Below, piece after piece: positions 19,404-29,271 of a stretch of 64,000 bases of DNA; positions within the stretch are counted from its first letter, which is position 1; each line of letters starts with the position of its first letter. A program made the position numbers and the translations under genes. Origin of the DNA: Candidatus Latescibacterota bacterium (GTDB lineage Bacteria > Latescibacterota > UBA2968); NCBI GenBank assembly GCA_965205975.1, contig OZ242195.1:3360001-3424000 (forward strand), given 5' to 3'. The notes under the pieces are model-generated. The model was not told where the DNA came from. It did not search any database and saw nothing but the letters and a program-made list of their open reading frames with translations.

Positions 19404-19460
19404 ACGAATAGACGAATAGACGAATAGACGAATAGACGAATCAACGAATCAACGAATAGA
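19397..19460 (+). repeat. Octamer tandem repeat, CGAATAGA/CGAATCAA x8
   Basis: 5x CGAATAGA, 2x CGAATCAA, 1x CGAATAGA. The first unit contains the moeB stop codon. Confidence 0.95.
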
Positions 19461-19501
19461 CGGAATTATGTGCAACTGGCCGCTTATCAGGTCAGTTCAT
19501 C
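19451..19501 (+). repeat. 51-bp hairpin-containing repeat, copy 1
   Basis: 42/51 identical without gaps to 39791-39841. Stem AACTGGCC/GGTCAGTT. Confidence 0.8.
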
Positions 19502-19519
19502 GTCGCAGCACAAAAACAC

Positions 19520-19559
19520 AAAGGGGTGAAACCACCAATCGGTTTCACCCCTTTTATTT
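19520..19559 (+). terminator. Intrinsic terminator of the ftsY-iscS-apbC-moeB cluster
   Basis: AAAGGGGTGAAACC/GGTTTCACCCCTTT followed by TATTT. Confidence 0.8.
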
Positions 19560-19574
19560 GACCTACCCCCCTAA

Positions 19575-19599
19575 CCCCCCTTCCTCGTAGGAAGGGGGG
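19575..19599. repeat. C/G-rich palindrome
   Basis: CCCCCCTTCCT-CGT-AGGAAGGGGGG, a perfect 11-bp stem. Confidence 0.6.
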
Positions 19600-19645
19600 A
19601 ACCAAGTCTCCTCCCAGCCTCTCGCCTTTCATCTGTGAAAAACGC

Positions 19646-20755
19646 TCAAATTACTCGCGTTTTTTTCTGCGTCATCTGCGGATGATAATGCCCCCTATCT
19701 CTATCCTCCACAATACGATCATCTACAGGCACCTCAAGGCGGTCTGCCCATTCGCCGATTTGTTCGTCAATCGTATCGGGTATCTCAATGCCGTGTTCGA
19801 GGCGATGCTTGCGATTGCGAGACTCAAAATCCCCCGGAACCAGAACTTCATCTACCCCATCGGCGGGTTCGGTCGTCTTCATATCGTCTAAAAATGCGCG
19901 AATATCCTGTTGATAACTATCCAAATCTGTAAATGTACTGATATCGATAACCTGCATAAACGCGCCCCCAGAACGCCGGCCCTCCCTTTGGGCTCCTGAA
20001 AGCTGCCCCATCAAACAGACCATTAGCGAAAGCGCGTAGCCCTTGTGCTCTCCAAAAGCACGCAAAAATCCGCCATCGTAAAAATCGAGGGGATTGGTTG
20101 ACGGCTTATTATTCTTATCCACAATAAAGGTATCGGAAATCGAGGCATTCTTGCTTCGCGCGACCTGGAGCTTGCCCTCGGCGACCATAGAAGTGGCAAA
20201 ATCGATCACAAAAGGTGCCTCATCGCCAGTGGGAACACCCACCGCAATGGGATTGGTACCCAAACTCCCCTTCTTCCCTCCAAAAGGCAACACTTTCAGT
20301 GTATTGGGCGAACCCCCACCAACCATGCAAATACCGATAAAACCCTCGCGTGCGGCAATCTCGACATATTCTCCCAGACGCCCAATATGTGCAACTCGCG
20401 TGAATGAAACCGAACAAATTTCAGAAGTCCGCGCTTTTTCCATTGCCTGGTGGACCGCACGATACGCCGTAAGATGCCCCAGTCCCCCGTTGCCATCCAG
20501 AATTAGTGTCGTAGCCGATTCCCGCACCGTAATCGGTTCAGCCGCGGGATTCATAGAACCCTCGGAGATATTAGTGAGATACAAAGGGATGCGGAGAACG
20601 CCGTGAGAATCGTGACCTGCGAGATTGGCATTCACCAGAATCTTCGCCACAATACCTGCAATATCAGGTGTCGCACCAGAAGCTTCGAACAAACGTCTCG
20701 CAAGCGCGTGAAGATGTGCGGGTTGATACGTGTGCATTTTCATGGGCGATATCAT
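19646..20755 (-). CDS. Ldh_2 family (malate/L-sulfolactate/ureidoglycolate dehydrogenase-like) oxidoreductase
   Basis: GHDSHGVLR, HIGRLG, GTNPIA, DFATS, HKGYAL. Confidence 0.88.
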   Translation of the reverse strand: MISPMKMHTYQPAHLHALARRLFEASGATPDIAGIVAKILVNANLAGHDSHGVLRIPLYLTNISEGSMNPAAEPITVRESATTLILDGNGGLGHLTAYRAVHQAMEKARTSEICSVSFTRVAHIGRLGEYVEIAAREGFIGICMVGGGSPNTLKVLPFGGKKGSLGTNPIAVGVPTGDEAPFVIDFATSMVAEGKLQVARSKNASISDTFIVDKNNKPSTNPLDFYDGGFLRAFGEHKGYALSLMVCLMGQLSGAQREGRRSGGAFMQVIDISTFTDLDSYQQDIRAFLDDMKTTEPADGVDEVLVPGDFESRNRKHRLEHGIEIPDTIDEQIGEWADRLEVPVDDRIVEDRDRGHYHPQMTQKKTRVI

Positions 20756-20763
20756 CTCCTTTG

Positions 20764-20862
20764 CGAATCAACGAATCAACGAATCCCGCCCATCCCCAAA
20801 AACAGTGTGTATTGCCATTCGTCTATTCGTCTATTCGTCTATTCGTCTATTCGTCTATTCGT
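20764..20862. repeat. Inverted pair of octamer tandem arrays
   Basis: CGAATCAA x~2.7 (20764-20785), CCCGCCC spacer, then ATTCGTCT x5+ (20817-20862). Confidence 0.9.
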
Positions 20863-20874
20863 GCTTTTCATCGT

Positions 20875-21807
20875 CTAAAGCCCCGCGGCGAAAAATTCTT
20901 CGAACACCTCATCGGAAACCGTTGCACACGCCGCGCGCACATTGGCCTCGAGTTGCGCCTTATTCAGGCTGCCGAGCGGATTGCCGTGAATGCGAGACTC
21001 TCGGATGGAAAATTGCAACGTCAACTCGAGCAAGTTATACCCGCGATCTTCGCACCACAGACGCATATTCTCGGCGCGCTCGTGATCTTCTCGCCAGCGA
21101 TCACGGGGCACAAAATTTTCCAACGGCACACCCGTGAGATAACCTCGCATAATCGACCAGCCATTCATCACACCCAAATCGTGCGCCGCCGCAGCGGGCA
21201 AAATATCTTCGCTAATGGTCTGCCGCAAAAGATTGTGATCCCCAAAACACAGAAAACAATCCGTACGCCCCGATTCGATCTGCGCCAGATGAAAATCGTG
21301 GGGCCGCATCCCGTATCCAATAAAATTGACCCACCCCCGTTCCCGCGCCTTTTCCAATCCCTCAAGCGTACCCCCCGCAACCAGCGTAGCCTCGATACTC
21401 CACGGATCGTGAATAAAAAGCACATCGAAGTGATCAATCCCCAAAATCTCAAGCTGATCTTCTATATCGGCAAGCGCGTGCTCAGTTGAGTAATCCGGGT
21501 CTCCATCTCCATATCCCCCCCACTTCGCGGCACTGTGACAGCAAACGCGCCCACTAATAATGATCTCATCGCGCTCGACAACGCCCTGCTTAATCGCAAG
21601 ACCGAGCTTTCGAAGCGAATCGCCATAACACCGCGCACAATCGAAGTGATTGACACCAATATCCACCGCAAACCGAATGAGGTCTGCTGCCTCATCATCG
21701 GTAACAGGACCAAAATTATTGCCAAACCCCTGCGTACCAAAGGGAATAACGGGAATAGAAAGTTCTGTTTTGCCCCAGCGACGACGCGGGACTTGTTTTT
21801 CAATCAT
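20875..21807 (-). CDS. Aldo/keto reductase family protein
   Basis: RRRWGKTELSI, GVNHFDCARCYG, QLEILGIDHFDVLFIHDP. Confidence 0.85.
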   Translation of the reverse strand: MIEKQVPRRRWGKTELSIPVIPFGTQGFGNNFGPVTDDEAADLIRFAVDIGVNHFDCARCYGDSLRKLGLAIKQGVVERDEIIISGRVCCHSAAKWGGYGDGDPDYSTEHALADIEDQLEILGIDHFDVLFIHDPWSIEATLVAGGTLEGLEKARERGWVNFIGYGMRPHDFHLAQIESGRTDCFLCFGDHNLLRQTISEDILPAAAAHDLGVMNGWSIMRGYLTGVPLENFVPRDRWREDHERAENMRLWCEDRGYNLLELTLQFSIRESRIHGNPLGSLNKAQLEANVRAACATVSDEVFEEFFAAGL

Positions 21808-22193
21808 GTCAAAGAGTCTCCATTATCCAGTGCATATTCCTTCAGCGTATCCAAATCGACAAACTCAAGCGTGGAAATATGCGTACCCGAAAGATAAACG
21901 GGAGGAGCAAAACCCGCATTGAGAGCTTCAACCCAGCGCTGAACACACAAACACCAGCGATCGCCCGGCACAAGGCCGGGAAAGCGCAATTCGGGCACAG
22001 GCGTACTCAGGTCATTGCCCGCGGACTGGGAAAACGCCAAAAACTCTTCCGTCATCTCCGCACAGAGAATATGCAACCCCAGATCACCCGGCCCCGTGCG
22101 ACAACATCCATCTCGAAAAAAACCCGTCATAGGATCGGTACAACAATCCTCGAGTTCCTCGCCCAAAACATTTTTACCGCGATTCATTTTCAC
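21804..22193 (-). CDS. DUF2237 family protein
   Basis: NVLGEELEDCCTDPMTGFFRDGCC, GNDLSTP, FPGLVPGDRWCLC. Confidence 0.9.
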   Translation of the reverse strand: MKMNRGKNVLGEELEDCCTDPMTGFFRDGCCRTGPGDLGLHILCAEMTEEFLAFSQSAGNDLSTPVPELRFPGLVPGDRWCLCVQRWVEALNAGFAPPVYLSGTHISTLEFVDLDTLKEYALDNGDSLT

Positions 22194-22201
22194 TCCAAAA
22201 T

Positions 22202-23542
22202 TTAATTTGTATAAGGCACGGTACCGCTCTCATTCACCGTATATCCCCATTGTCGAATATAATCTGCACCGGGAAGAAATTCATCGCCTCGCGCATCGAG
22301 GCGACGCTGGAGATAGGCATCCAACTCGCGGCGCAAATCCGCGCATTCGGGATCATCAACGAGATTATTCAACTGAAAGGGATCGGCCTCGTTATCATAC
22401 AGCAACCACGGTCCATCGAGCGAGCGGATGTATGTGTATTGCCCCGTCCGCAAGCCGCGATATTCGCGCGCGCCCCTATCGCGCGTCCACTGTCCAAAAG
22501 GCTGCGGACATTGTAAAAGCGCGGCACCATCAGAGGGATTCTCACCTCCCATAAGATAATCCGAAAAATCCAACCCCTCAACCGTATCGGGAACATCGAT
22601 TCCGCAAAGCCCCAAAAGCGTAGGCATAATATCCGGTATATCAATGGGATCATGAACCTCCCGTCCCTCCAACCCAAATTGCGCTGGCCATCGCAACAAA
22701 AACGGAATGCGAATAGACTCCTCCCAGGGCTGTTGCTTTTTCGCACTCCCCTGTGAGCCGAGCATATCGCCGTGATCCGAAAAAAAGAGCAAAAGCGTAT
22801 CGTCGGCTATCCCCTTATCGTCCAGCGTCTGGAGCAAATCGCCCATACAATCGTCCAGCGCCGTGCAATGGGCGTAATAGCCCGCAATCCATTCTCGGGC
22901 ATTTGCTTCGGATTCTGGTGGCACATTCTCGCGCAGCGGCACATCCTCGGGGCGATACATTGCGCGGTATTTTTCCGGCGCAGTCTCGTAAGGCGCGTGC
23001 GGTGGTCCCCACGAAAGCACCAGCAAAAAGGGATTCTCCGAATCGTGATTCTCAATGTAATCCTGCACATCGCGCGTCTGTGCAATCGCGTCGTACCCCT
23101 CCCATGTGAGCTTCTCGTCAGAATCATTCGCATAATAAAAAGAATTATTGTAATTGTGCGTACACTCCAGCACCTTCCAATAATCAAATCCCTGCCGATT
23201 TTCGGGAGGAATATAATTAGACCGCCCATTTGCATTCACATGCCATTTGCCCACATAAGCGGTATCGTATCCCGCATTCTTAAAAGCCTGTGCCAGACTA
23301 ACAGCCCTATCGCTCAAATGGACATCATTGACAAAAACACCATGCGTCAGCGGATATTGCCCCGTCAGCAAAGACGCCCGTGCCGGACAACAAACCGAAC
23401 ACCCCGAAACCGCGTGTGTCGCATTGATACTTTGAGACGCGAGACGGTCGATATTCGGCGTTTGCACACAGGTATTGCCGGCATAACCAAACGCCTGTGC
23501 GCGCCACTGATCGCCAAAAATGAGAATGACATTACTGGCCAT
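22202..23542 (-). CDS. Sulfatase (Cys-type)
   Basis: DQWR, TPNIDRLA, CCPARASLLTG (CxPxR), GKWH, SDHG. No signal peptide. Confidence 0.92.
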   Translation of the reverse strand: MASNVILIFGDQWRAQAFGYAGNTCVQTPNIDRLASQSINATHAVSGCSVCCPARASLLTGQYPLTHGVFVNDVHLSDRAVSLAQAFKNAGYDTAYVGKWHVNANGRSNYIPPENRQGFDYWKVLECTHNYNNSFYYANDSDEKLTWEGYDAIAQTRDVQDYIENHDSENPFLLVLSWGPPHAPYETAPEKYRAMYRPEDVPLRENVPPESEANAREWIAGYYAHCTALDDCMGDLLQTLDDKGIADDTLLLFFSDHGDMLGSQGSAKKQQPWEESIRIPFLLRWPAQFGLEGREVHDPIDIPDIMPTLLGLCGIDVPDTVEGLDFSDYLMGGENPSDGAALLQCPQPFGQWTRDRGAREYRGLRTGQYTYIRSLDGPWLLYDNEADPFQLNNLVDDPECADLRRELDAYLQRRLDARGDEFLPGADYIRQWGYTVNESGTVPYTN

Positions 23543-23661
23543 GAAAATCCTTTCCATCTAAAATGTGATCCTACAAAAAACCGCGACTATATTATAAACC
23601 AACACGCCTCTTGTCAATGTATCTGACAAGAGGCGGAGATGATGCGTTATTCACCACACCC

Positions 23662-26037
23662 TCAAAACCGCATCAACCCAGCACTCACAGAAAATCCCGG
23701 TGCATCCAACCGCTTTGTGAAATCCAACCGAAATAGATAAAATAGCCCGTTAATCGACACGCCCAGTTCGTGGTGAAATCCATCTGAATATTGCGGCTCA
23801 TAATCCAACTCTGCCAATGTGCGACCCCCAAACCACGTGCGCCCGTGTCCGCCGTGAACAATCAAACCAATATTGCGCTCCGCAGCCCACCGCCAGCCGA
23901 TCAACTCAAACGGAACCGTGCGAAAATTGTGTTCCCAGAACACCCCCAGTATTTTCTCCCCTTCATAAGGGCGATTCACAAGTGTGCGAAATGCCCCAAA
24001 TTTCGTAAACCAGCCCAACAACCCGGCATCCAAAATCTCAAAACGCTGCCTGGGCAACGTCCCTGCAAACGCACTGCCAACAACGCGCACATCGAGCACA
24101 TTGGGTAACAAACGCCGCTTAAACAGCGTCTCGATACGCCAATCCAACAGCATCCGAAACTGTGTAAAATCAAAATCACTACCAAATCCCGGCCGACTGT
24201 GCTCGACCTCCAACGCGATTTTTCGTTGCCCAAAAATGAGTGCAAGCCCCGAATTTCTACCCTCGATATCCGCTCGTAAAAACACAGAACGCAAATTGCC
24301 CGGATCAATCTTCGGATTGGGCCGTTGCACATCAATATCCCCACTAAAATGCCAATCTGTCGTCTTCTCCACCGACCTGTGTTCCTCCACATTGAACCCA
24401 CCGCTCAACCGCACACCCGCCCTTCGCGGACGACCAAACCGATAGCCCGCCGTTCCTCTTACACCCTCGCGCCAGAAAAAATCAAAATAATCTTCGGAAC
24501 CTTCAATCTGCTGAAAACTGGCCTTAAACCGGCTATATAATCTCGACCGATAGCGCGTATCTGTCCCGCGAAATCCCTCGAGCGAAACAAATCCCTTTTT
24601 GTCCGTCCCCCAGCGGACCGTTGCCTTGCCGTCAAAAGACCATCGTTTCAAACCAAAATTATACGCACCTCCACCTGCAAAAACCGCTCGGCTTTGACGC
24701 GATCCCGAAGAAATTTTTGAACCCAGATGCCCACCATCCACGCGATTGAACCACACCTCGGGTTTGAATCGAAACGGCAACTTGCGCCCCTTCCCACCAT
24801 CCTGATTATTTTTTTTATCATCCTCCTCATTCTCCTTCACAAAACGCGCCAAAAACCCCTTTGGCTCATACGCTTTATCCAGCGTCATCGTGCTATCAAT
24901 GCGCGCATAAGCCTCTTGCTCGATATCATCCAACGGCACGGCAAGTCCTGTTTGAGCCAACAAACTATCCTGTTCGACACGCATAGAATCAACCACTACG
25001 ATGCGATCCTGATCATAAAGCGAATCGGGCAATGCGACATTCACCTCATACCCCGTCAAACGAGAAATGCGCTGTCTCTCAAAAGGCGGAAATTTTAAAC
25101 CAACCATTCCAACTTTAACATTTATATCCGACTGATAGCCCACCGGCAAATAGTAATCACCACCGAAATTGCTAAACTGTTGGCGCATAGTAATATTCAA
25201 TTCGCGAATAGGCGGTGGAAACAAAAACGCCCGATTTGGCGTCAGTTCCACCTCCACGAACGCGTACACACTATCGAGCACAGCCACGCGACCATTAAAA
25301 GCCGTCTTGAGGCTGTGTTTGGGTTTCACATCAATATCGTAAATAATGTGCTCATCCATTTTGCGACGGCCTGTGAGTACAAAATCATAGTGCGCCAGTG
25401 CATCGGGATGCGTAACGCCAATCAAATTATGACCGAAGATTTTCGTCTCATCATCGTACAAATTCACACCTGCAGCCGCGGGCAGTGCAATCCCCAAATC
25501 CAAATTCTCTGTCTCGCGTTTGTCCTTAACGACCTCCCGCCACCCTTTTTTTTGATCCCAAAAACCATCGGATAAGCTCTCGACAATCGCGACAATCTCA
25601 GTATCCTTGTATAAAACAAACCGCGAATAAGCCTCAACGCGAAATGTCTCCAGACTATCCCACCACGTTTGCTTCTGCGCGATGACCTTACGCATAATAT
25701 TGGGACCCATATCCTCAGCCGTCACCACGATTGCCTCCAGCTCAATCGGCACTGGCTCCAGGGCAAAATCGCGCACATCGGCTGCGTCCTCCGTCACATT
25801 GTACCGCTGTGACCGATAGCCGATATAGCGCACCTCCACCACCGCAGGTAGAGAACGCAAAGACAGCACATACTTGCCCTCGGTATTTGAAATCGTCCCA
25901 TCATAAGCCCCCAGAACATGCACCGTCGCAGCGGGAAGCGGCTCTCCTGTTGACGCATCGGTCACAGTGCCCTGAATCACCTTTGCCTGCACCGGCGTAG
26001 CCAATAAAAGAACGGCAAAAAACCACACCCATCGCAT
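23662..26037 (-). CDS. Outer-membrane protein with CarboxypepD_reg-like N-domain and DUF5686-like region
   Basis: Signal peptide MRWVWFF...VQA, then GTVTDASTGEPLPAATV...YIGY, a beta-barrel-like C-terminus ending in Phe, and a GAGGAG RBS before 26037. Confidence 0.75.
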   Translation of the reverse strand: MRWVWFFAVLLLATPVQAKVIQGTVTDASTGEPLPAATVHVLGAYDGTISNTEGKYVLSLRSLPAVVEVRYIGYRSQRYNVTEDAADVRDFALEPVPIELEAIVVTAEDMGPNIMRKVIAQKQTWWDSLETFRVEAYSRFVLYKDTEIVAIVESLSDGFWDQKKGWREVVKDKRETENLDLGIALPAAAGVNLYDDETKIFGHNLIGVTHPDALAHYDFVLTGRRKMDEHIIYDIDVKPKHSLKTAFNGRVAVLDSVYAFVEVELTPNRAFLFPPPIRELNITMRQQFSNFGGDYYLPVGYQSDINVKVGMVGLKFPPFERQRISRLTGYEVNVALPDSLYDQDRIVVVDSMRVEQDSLLAQTGLAVPLDDIEQEAYARIDSTMTLDKAYEPKGFLARFVKENEEDDKKNNQDGGKGRKLPFRFKPEVWFNRVDGGHLGSKISSGSRQSRAVFAGGGAYNFGLKRWSFDGKATVRWGTDKKGFVSLEGFRGTDTRYRSRLYSRFKASFQQIEGSEDYFDFFWREGVRGTAGYRFGRPRRAGVRLSGGFNVEEHRSVEKTTDWHFSGDIDVQRPNPKIDPGNLRSVFLRADIEGRNSGLALIFGQRKIALEVEHSRPGFGSDFDFTQFRMLLDWRIETLFKRRLLPNVLDVRVVGSAFAGTLPRQRFEILDAGLLGWFTKFGAFRTLVNRPYEGEKILGVFWEHNFRTVPFELIGWRWAAERNIGLIVHGGHGRTWFGGRTLAELDYEPQYSDGFHHELGVSINGLFYLFRLDFTKRLDAPGFSVSAGLMRF

Positions 26038-26396
26038 TGTCAAGACGCATCTCCTCTGTACCAGTCTAATAGCATCCACCTTTGGCATATCTTGGCCCGA
26101 CAGTAGCCTATCCATTCTGGAAAGGCTTGCGTTTTTATTACTTTTACCAAATTTTGGAAGGTTAGTCAATTCATATATAGCCAAAACGGCCGCCGTCGTC
26201 TATCCACGGGCAAAACGCCCCATATTGCCCGTGCCGCTTAATCCCCACGTCTCCCCCGCTGAGGCGCATAAGTCGCCTGAAACACCAGTCGCCCAACCTC
26301 CAGCCTTCATGTTGACTGGTCATGGCAAATAAGCTATTTTTAGATGTGGGTTAAAAAATTGATTGTAACCGGGACGCGCAAAACCGGAGAGACAAA

Positions 26397-27020
26397 ATGG
26401 ACAAAGTTTTTATCTATTGGGACGACTCCAACATTTTCATCAGCGCTCAACAAGTTGCCATTGACCGGGAAGGCGAATCTGTGCGTTCTCGCGTGCGTAT
26501 TCACTTTCGGAATCTTCTGGAACTGGCGCGTGCCGGACGAAAAATTGAGCACGCTGTCGCCGTTGGCTCTATCCCACCAGAACTACGACACGTCTGGAAT
26601 CGTTTGGAGAACGAAGGCGTTACCATCAAGCTATTGGAACGCGGTGCAATACAGGGGCGAGAACAGGGCGTGGACCAGGTTTTGCAAACCGAGATGCTGC
26701 GCGATGGGTTCGATTATAACGGCAATCCAGGTATTGTGGTCATGCTCACAGGAGACGGAGCCGGCTTTGATGATGGCGTCGGCTTTCACGCTGACCTGGA
26801 GCGCATGCGACGCCGAGGTTGGCGTATTGAAGTTTTGTCGTGGCGGCATAGCTGCAATCGCCGGATGCGGGAATGGGCGGAGGAGAACGGTAAATTTATT
26901 GCATTGGATGATTTCTACGACAGCTTAACCTTTCTGGAACGGCCTGCCCCAGGAGAACCCATCGCCGCTCCGCGCTATGCAGTTCCAGTTGACCTTAACC
27001 GGCGTCTCCCTGAGAAATGA
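26397..27020 (+). CDS. NYN (LabA/DUF88, PIN-like) domain ribonuclease
   Basis: IYWDDSNIF, EQGVD, LTGDG acidic motifs; WRIEVLSW; FIALDDF. Confidence 0.8.
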   Translation: MDKVFIYWDDSNIFISAQQVAIDREGESVRSRVRIHFRNLLELARAGRKIEHAVAVGSIPPELRHVWNRLENEGVTIKLLERGAIQGREQGVDQVLQTEMLRDGFDYNGNPGIVVMLTGDGAGFDDGVGFHADLERMRRRGWRIEVLSWRHSCNRRMREWAEENGKFIALDDFYDSLTFLERPAPGEPIAAPRYAVPVDLNRRLPEK

Positions 27021-27065
27021 GGAGAGTACGTATATGGCTCTGCAATCGGATCATTCCACAGAAAA

Positions 27066-27139
27066 TTGCTGGAACGCATTACCATAGATCCTGAAATTTG
27101 TCACGGCAAACCATGCATACGGGATTGCGGTATCCATTG
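27066..27139 (+). pseudogene. DUF433 (antitoxin-like) remnant
   Basis: LLERITIDPEICHGKPCIR. Adding one G restores GLRYP (cgg gga ttg cgg tat cca), after which the similarity ends. Confidence 0.7.
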
Positions 27140-27143
27140 GCAT

Positions 27144-27500
27144 TTATATTTCCGCGCGCTTTTCATACATCACAAGCCCAATGATCATGAAGATAATACC
27201 CATCAGAATTGTAAAAAAATAAATATCTACACTCGTTTTCAAAAAAATGGTACTTTCGCTATAAGCAAAAGGAAGTATCGGCATCAGTAAACTTTTAAAA
27301 ACACTCAGACCTTGAAGTATAAAAAAACCGAAAGATAAAAATAAAATAAAAGAAGCAACCGCAGCCAATCTCCGATACCGCTTAACTGAAAACTTCACTC
27401 CTTCCATCCCTGTTACAATACCAAAAATAAAAATCATATAAGTCGCCAGCTTCAAACTCTCTACCAGAACAAAATCAAAAAACAGCATACGCTCTACTCC
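27144..27500 (-). pseudogene. C-terminal half of an ABC permease paralogue
   Basis: FFDF...TYMIFIFGIVTGMEGVKFSVKRYR...GLVMYEKRAEI matches the C-half of 28434-29186. The N-half is missing. Confidence 0.75.
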
Positions 27501-28024
27501 AAAAAGCGAAACTCGCTAAACAAAGCTTCGACAATGCGTTTGCGCGACGGGGGATCAATACCGGATAGCGGTTCATCCATCAAAACCAGATCACTCGGCC
27601 AGGAAAACGCGCACACCACCTTCAGCCGTCCCTGTTGACCCCGCGAAAGCGCGCCCACCTTCTTATCGCCATCCAGTCCCATAAAACTCAGCAAACTGCG
27701 CGACTTATCCATATCCCACATCGGATAAAAACGCGCCAAAAACTCGACCTGCTCCATCACCTTCATCCAATCGTAAAACGGATTGATCTCAGCCAAATAA
27801 GCCACATGCTGTCGGGTCTTCACACTCACCTCTTGCCCCATCACCTCCGCGGTTCCCCGAGACGGGCGGGTCAAACCAGCCAGAATGCGAAACAAAGTAC
27901 TCTTCCCACTCCCATTCTCGCCCAACACACCTTGCACGCGCCCGCGCTCAACCTGAAAAGAAACACCGCGCAGCGCCCACGCGCCTGGATATCGCTTCCA
28001 CACATCTCGAACATCGATCATCAT
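27494..28024 (-). pseudogene. Truncated ABC ATPase (YtrB-like)
   Basis: Walker A GENGSGKST, signature LSRGQ and Walker B LMDEP are present. It stops at 176 aa before the H-loop. Confidence 0.75.
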
Positions 28025-28392
28025 GTCAAATCCTCCTCTATATCGCGCAACAAATCGGCAATTTGCTCGCTGGAAAGATCCAATTCTCCAACCTCTGCAA
28101 CAAACCGCGCAACAGCACTCTGTGCCAACGCCCGTTTCTCAGCCTCAATCTTCTTCCCATCCTCTGTCACAAACGAACCCTGCCCGCGCCGCGTAAAAAC
28201 AAACCCCTCCCGCTCAAGCTCTGCATAAGCCCGCGCCATTGTATTGGGATTCACGCCCATTTCTCTCGCCATATCCCGCACCGAAGGCAACTTTGACCCC
28301 GGCGAATAAACCCCGCGCACCGAACGCTTTTTAATCTCGCCGATAATTTGCAGATAAATAGGTGCATTCGGATCAAACTCATAAGGTGGCAT
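28021..28392 (-). CDS. GntR family regulator, YtrA subfamily
   Basis: PIYLQI, KLPSVRDMA, VNPNTMARAYAELEREG, RRGQGSFV; short C-domain. Confidence 0.92.
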   Translation of the reverse strand: MPPYEFDPNAPIYLQIIGEIKKRSVRGVYSPGSKLPSVRDMAREMGVNPNTMARAYAELEREGFVFTRRGQGSFVTEDGKKIEAEKRALAQSAVARFVAEVGELDLSSEQIADLLRDIEEDLT

Positions 28393-28433
28393 ACAAATGC
28401 CTCCTGACTTTTTGTAAGGTCAGAAATCAGACG

Positions 28434-29186
28434 TCATATTTCCGCGCGTTTTTCATACACAACAAGCCCAATAACCATAAAGATGACACCCATCAGAATG
28501 GTATAGACAAAAGGTGCCAAATCAATTGTAAATTCAGAAGGAGGAGACATTGAAATTTGCCCGAAAAAGTCTAATGCCTTCGCACCTTGTTGGAAAAGCC
28601 AGCCATACACAAACACTGCAATCGCAAAAAAAACAACCGCTGTCAATCCCCGATACCGCTTAACTGCGAACTTCACCCCCTCCATTCCGGTCACAACGCC
28701 GAGAATGAAAATCATATACGTCACAAGTGTCAAACCAACTAAAAAAGCAAAATCAAAAAATGCCGTAACTTCTGTTTCTCCAACTCGCAACATATGTACA
28801 TTCATCAAGGCAGCCCCACGTGCTGCCCATAAAGACAGACCGATAGTCACAATCGCGCTACCTACAATGCCCTTACTCGCGACCGCAGCGACTTTTGCCA
28901 GATTCACTATGTACTGTGGAACCGGCAGTGCAAACATCTGATAATGTGTTTCTGATTTCCACTCGGTGTTGAAGGCATGTGCCAGCAAAAAGGGCAGACT
29001 GAGAACAAGGGTAAAAACAGCCAGCACTGACCAGAGAGCATTAAGAATTGTCTTTGTTTCTAGTTCTAAACTTTCTATGTGGATAAGCCCATAAGCATTT
29101 AGCCCCACAATCAAAAGGAGCAAAAAAAGAAAAAGTGCTTTATTCGCTTTGAGTTCCTTAACATACAGCGCAAAAAATTGTTTCAT
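28434..29186 (-). CDS. ABC-2-type permease-like membrane protein
   Basis: LYVKELK start, EWKSETHYQMFALPV...LAK motif, ~6 TM segments; adjacent to YtrA/YtrB. Confidence 0.75.
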   Translation of the reverse strand: MKQFFALYVKELKANKALFLFLLLLIVGLNAYGLIHIESLELETKTILNALWSVLAVFTLVLSLPFLLAHAFNTEWKSETHYQMFALPVPQYIVNLAKVAAVASKGIVGSAIVTIGLSLWAARGAALMNVHMLRVGETEVTAFFDFAFLVGLTLVTYMIFILGVVTGMEGVKFAVKRYRGLTAVVFFAIAVFVYGWLFQQGAKALDFFGQISMSPPSEFTIDLAPFVYTILMGVIFMVIGLVVYEKRAEI

Positions 29187-29241
29187 GTCGTAATCCTTTG
29201 AAACAGGTGAGACGTTAAAGTCATCCTTCTTGTATCTTAAA

Positions 29242-29271
29242 ACGGGCGAGGCATGCCTCGCCCCTACATTT
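29242..29271. repeat. GTAG-type REP palindrome, copy 1
   Basis: GGGCGAGGCATGCCTCGCCC plus CTAC (GTAG on the - strand). 30 bp identical to 33304-33333. Confidence 0.85.

Noticed and set aside
19397..19501. Octamer and decamer arrays as a CRISPR array
   Set aside because: Units are 8-10 bp and contiguous, with no unique spacers and no cas genes.
26038..26340. N-terminal extension of the outer-membrane gene, or a separate gene
   Set aside because: The signal peptide and RBS point to 26037, and the upstream frames are short and unassignable.
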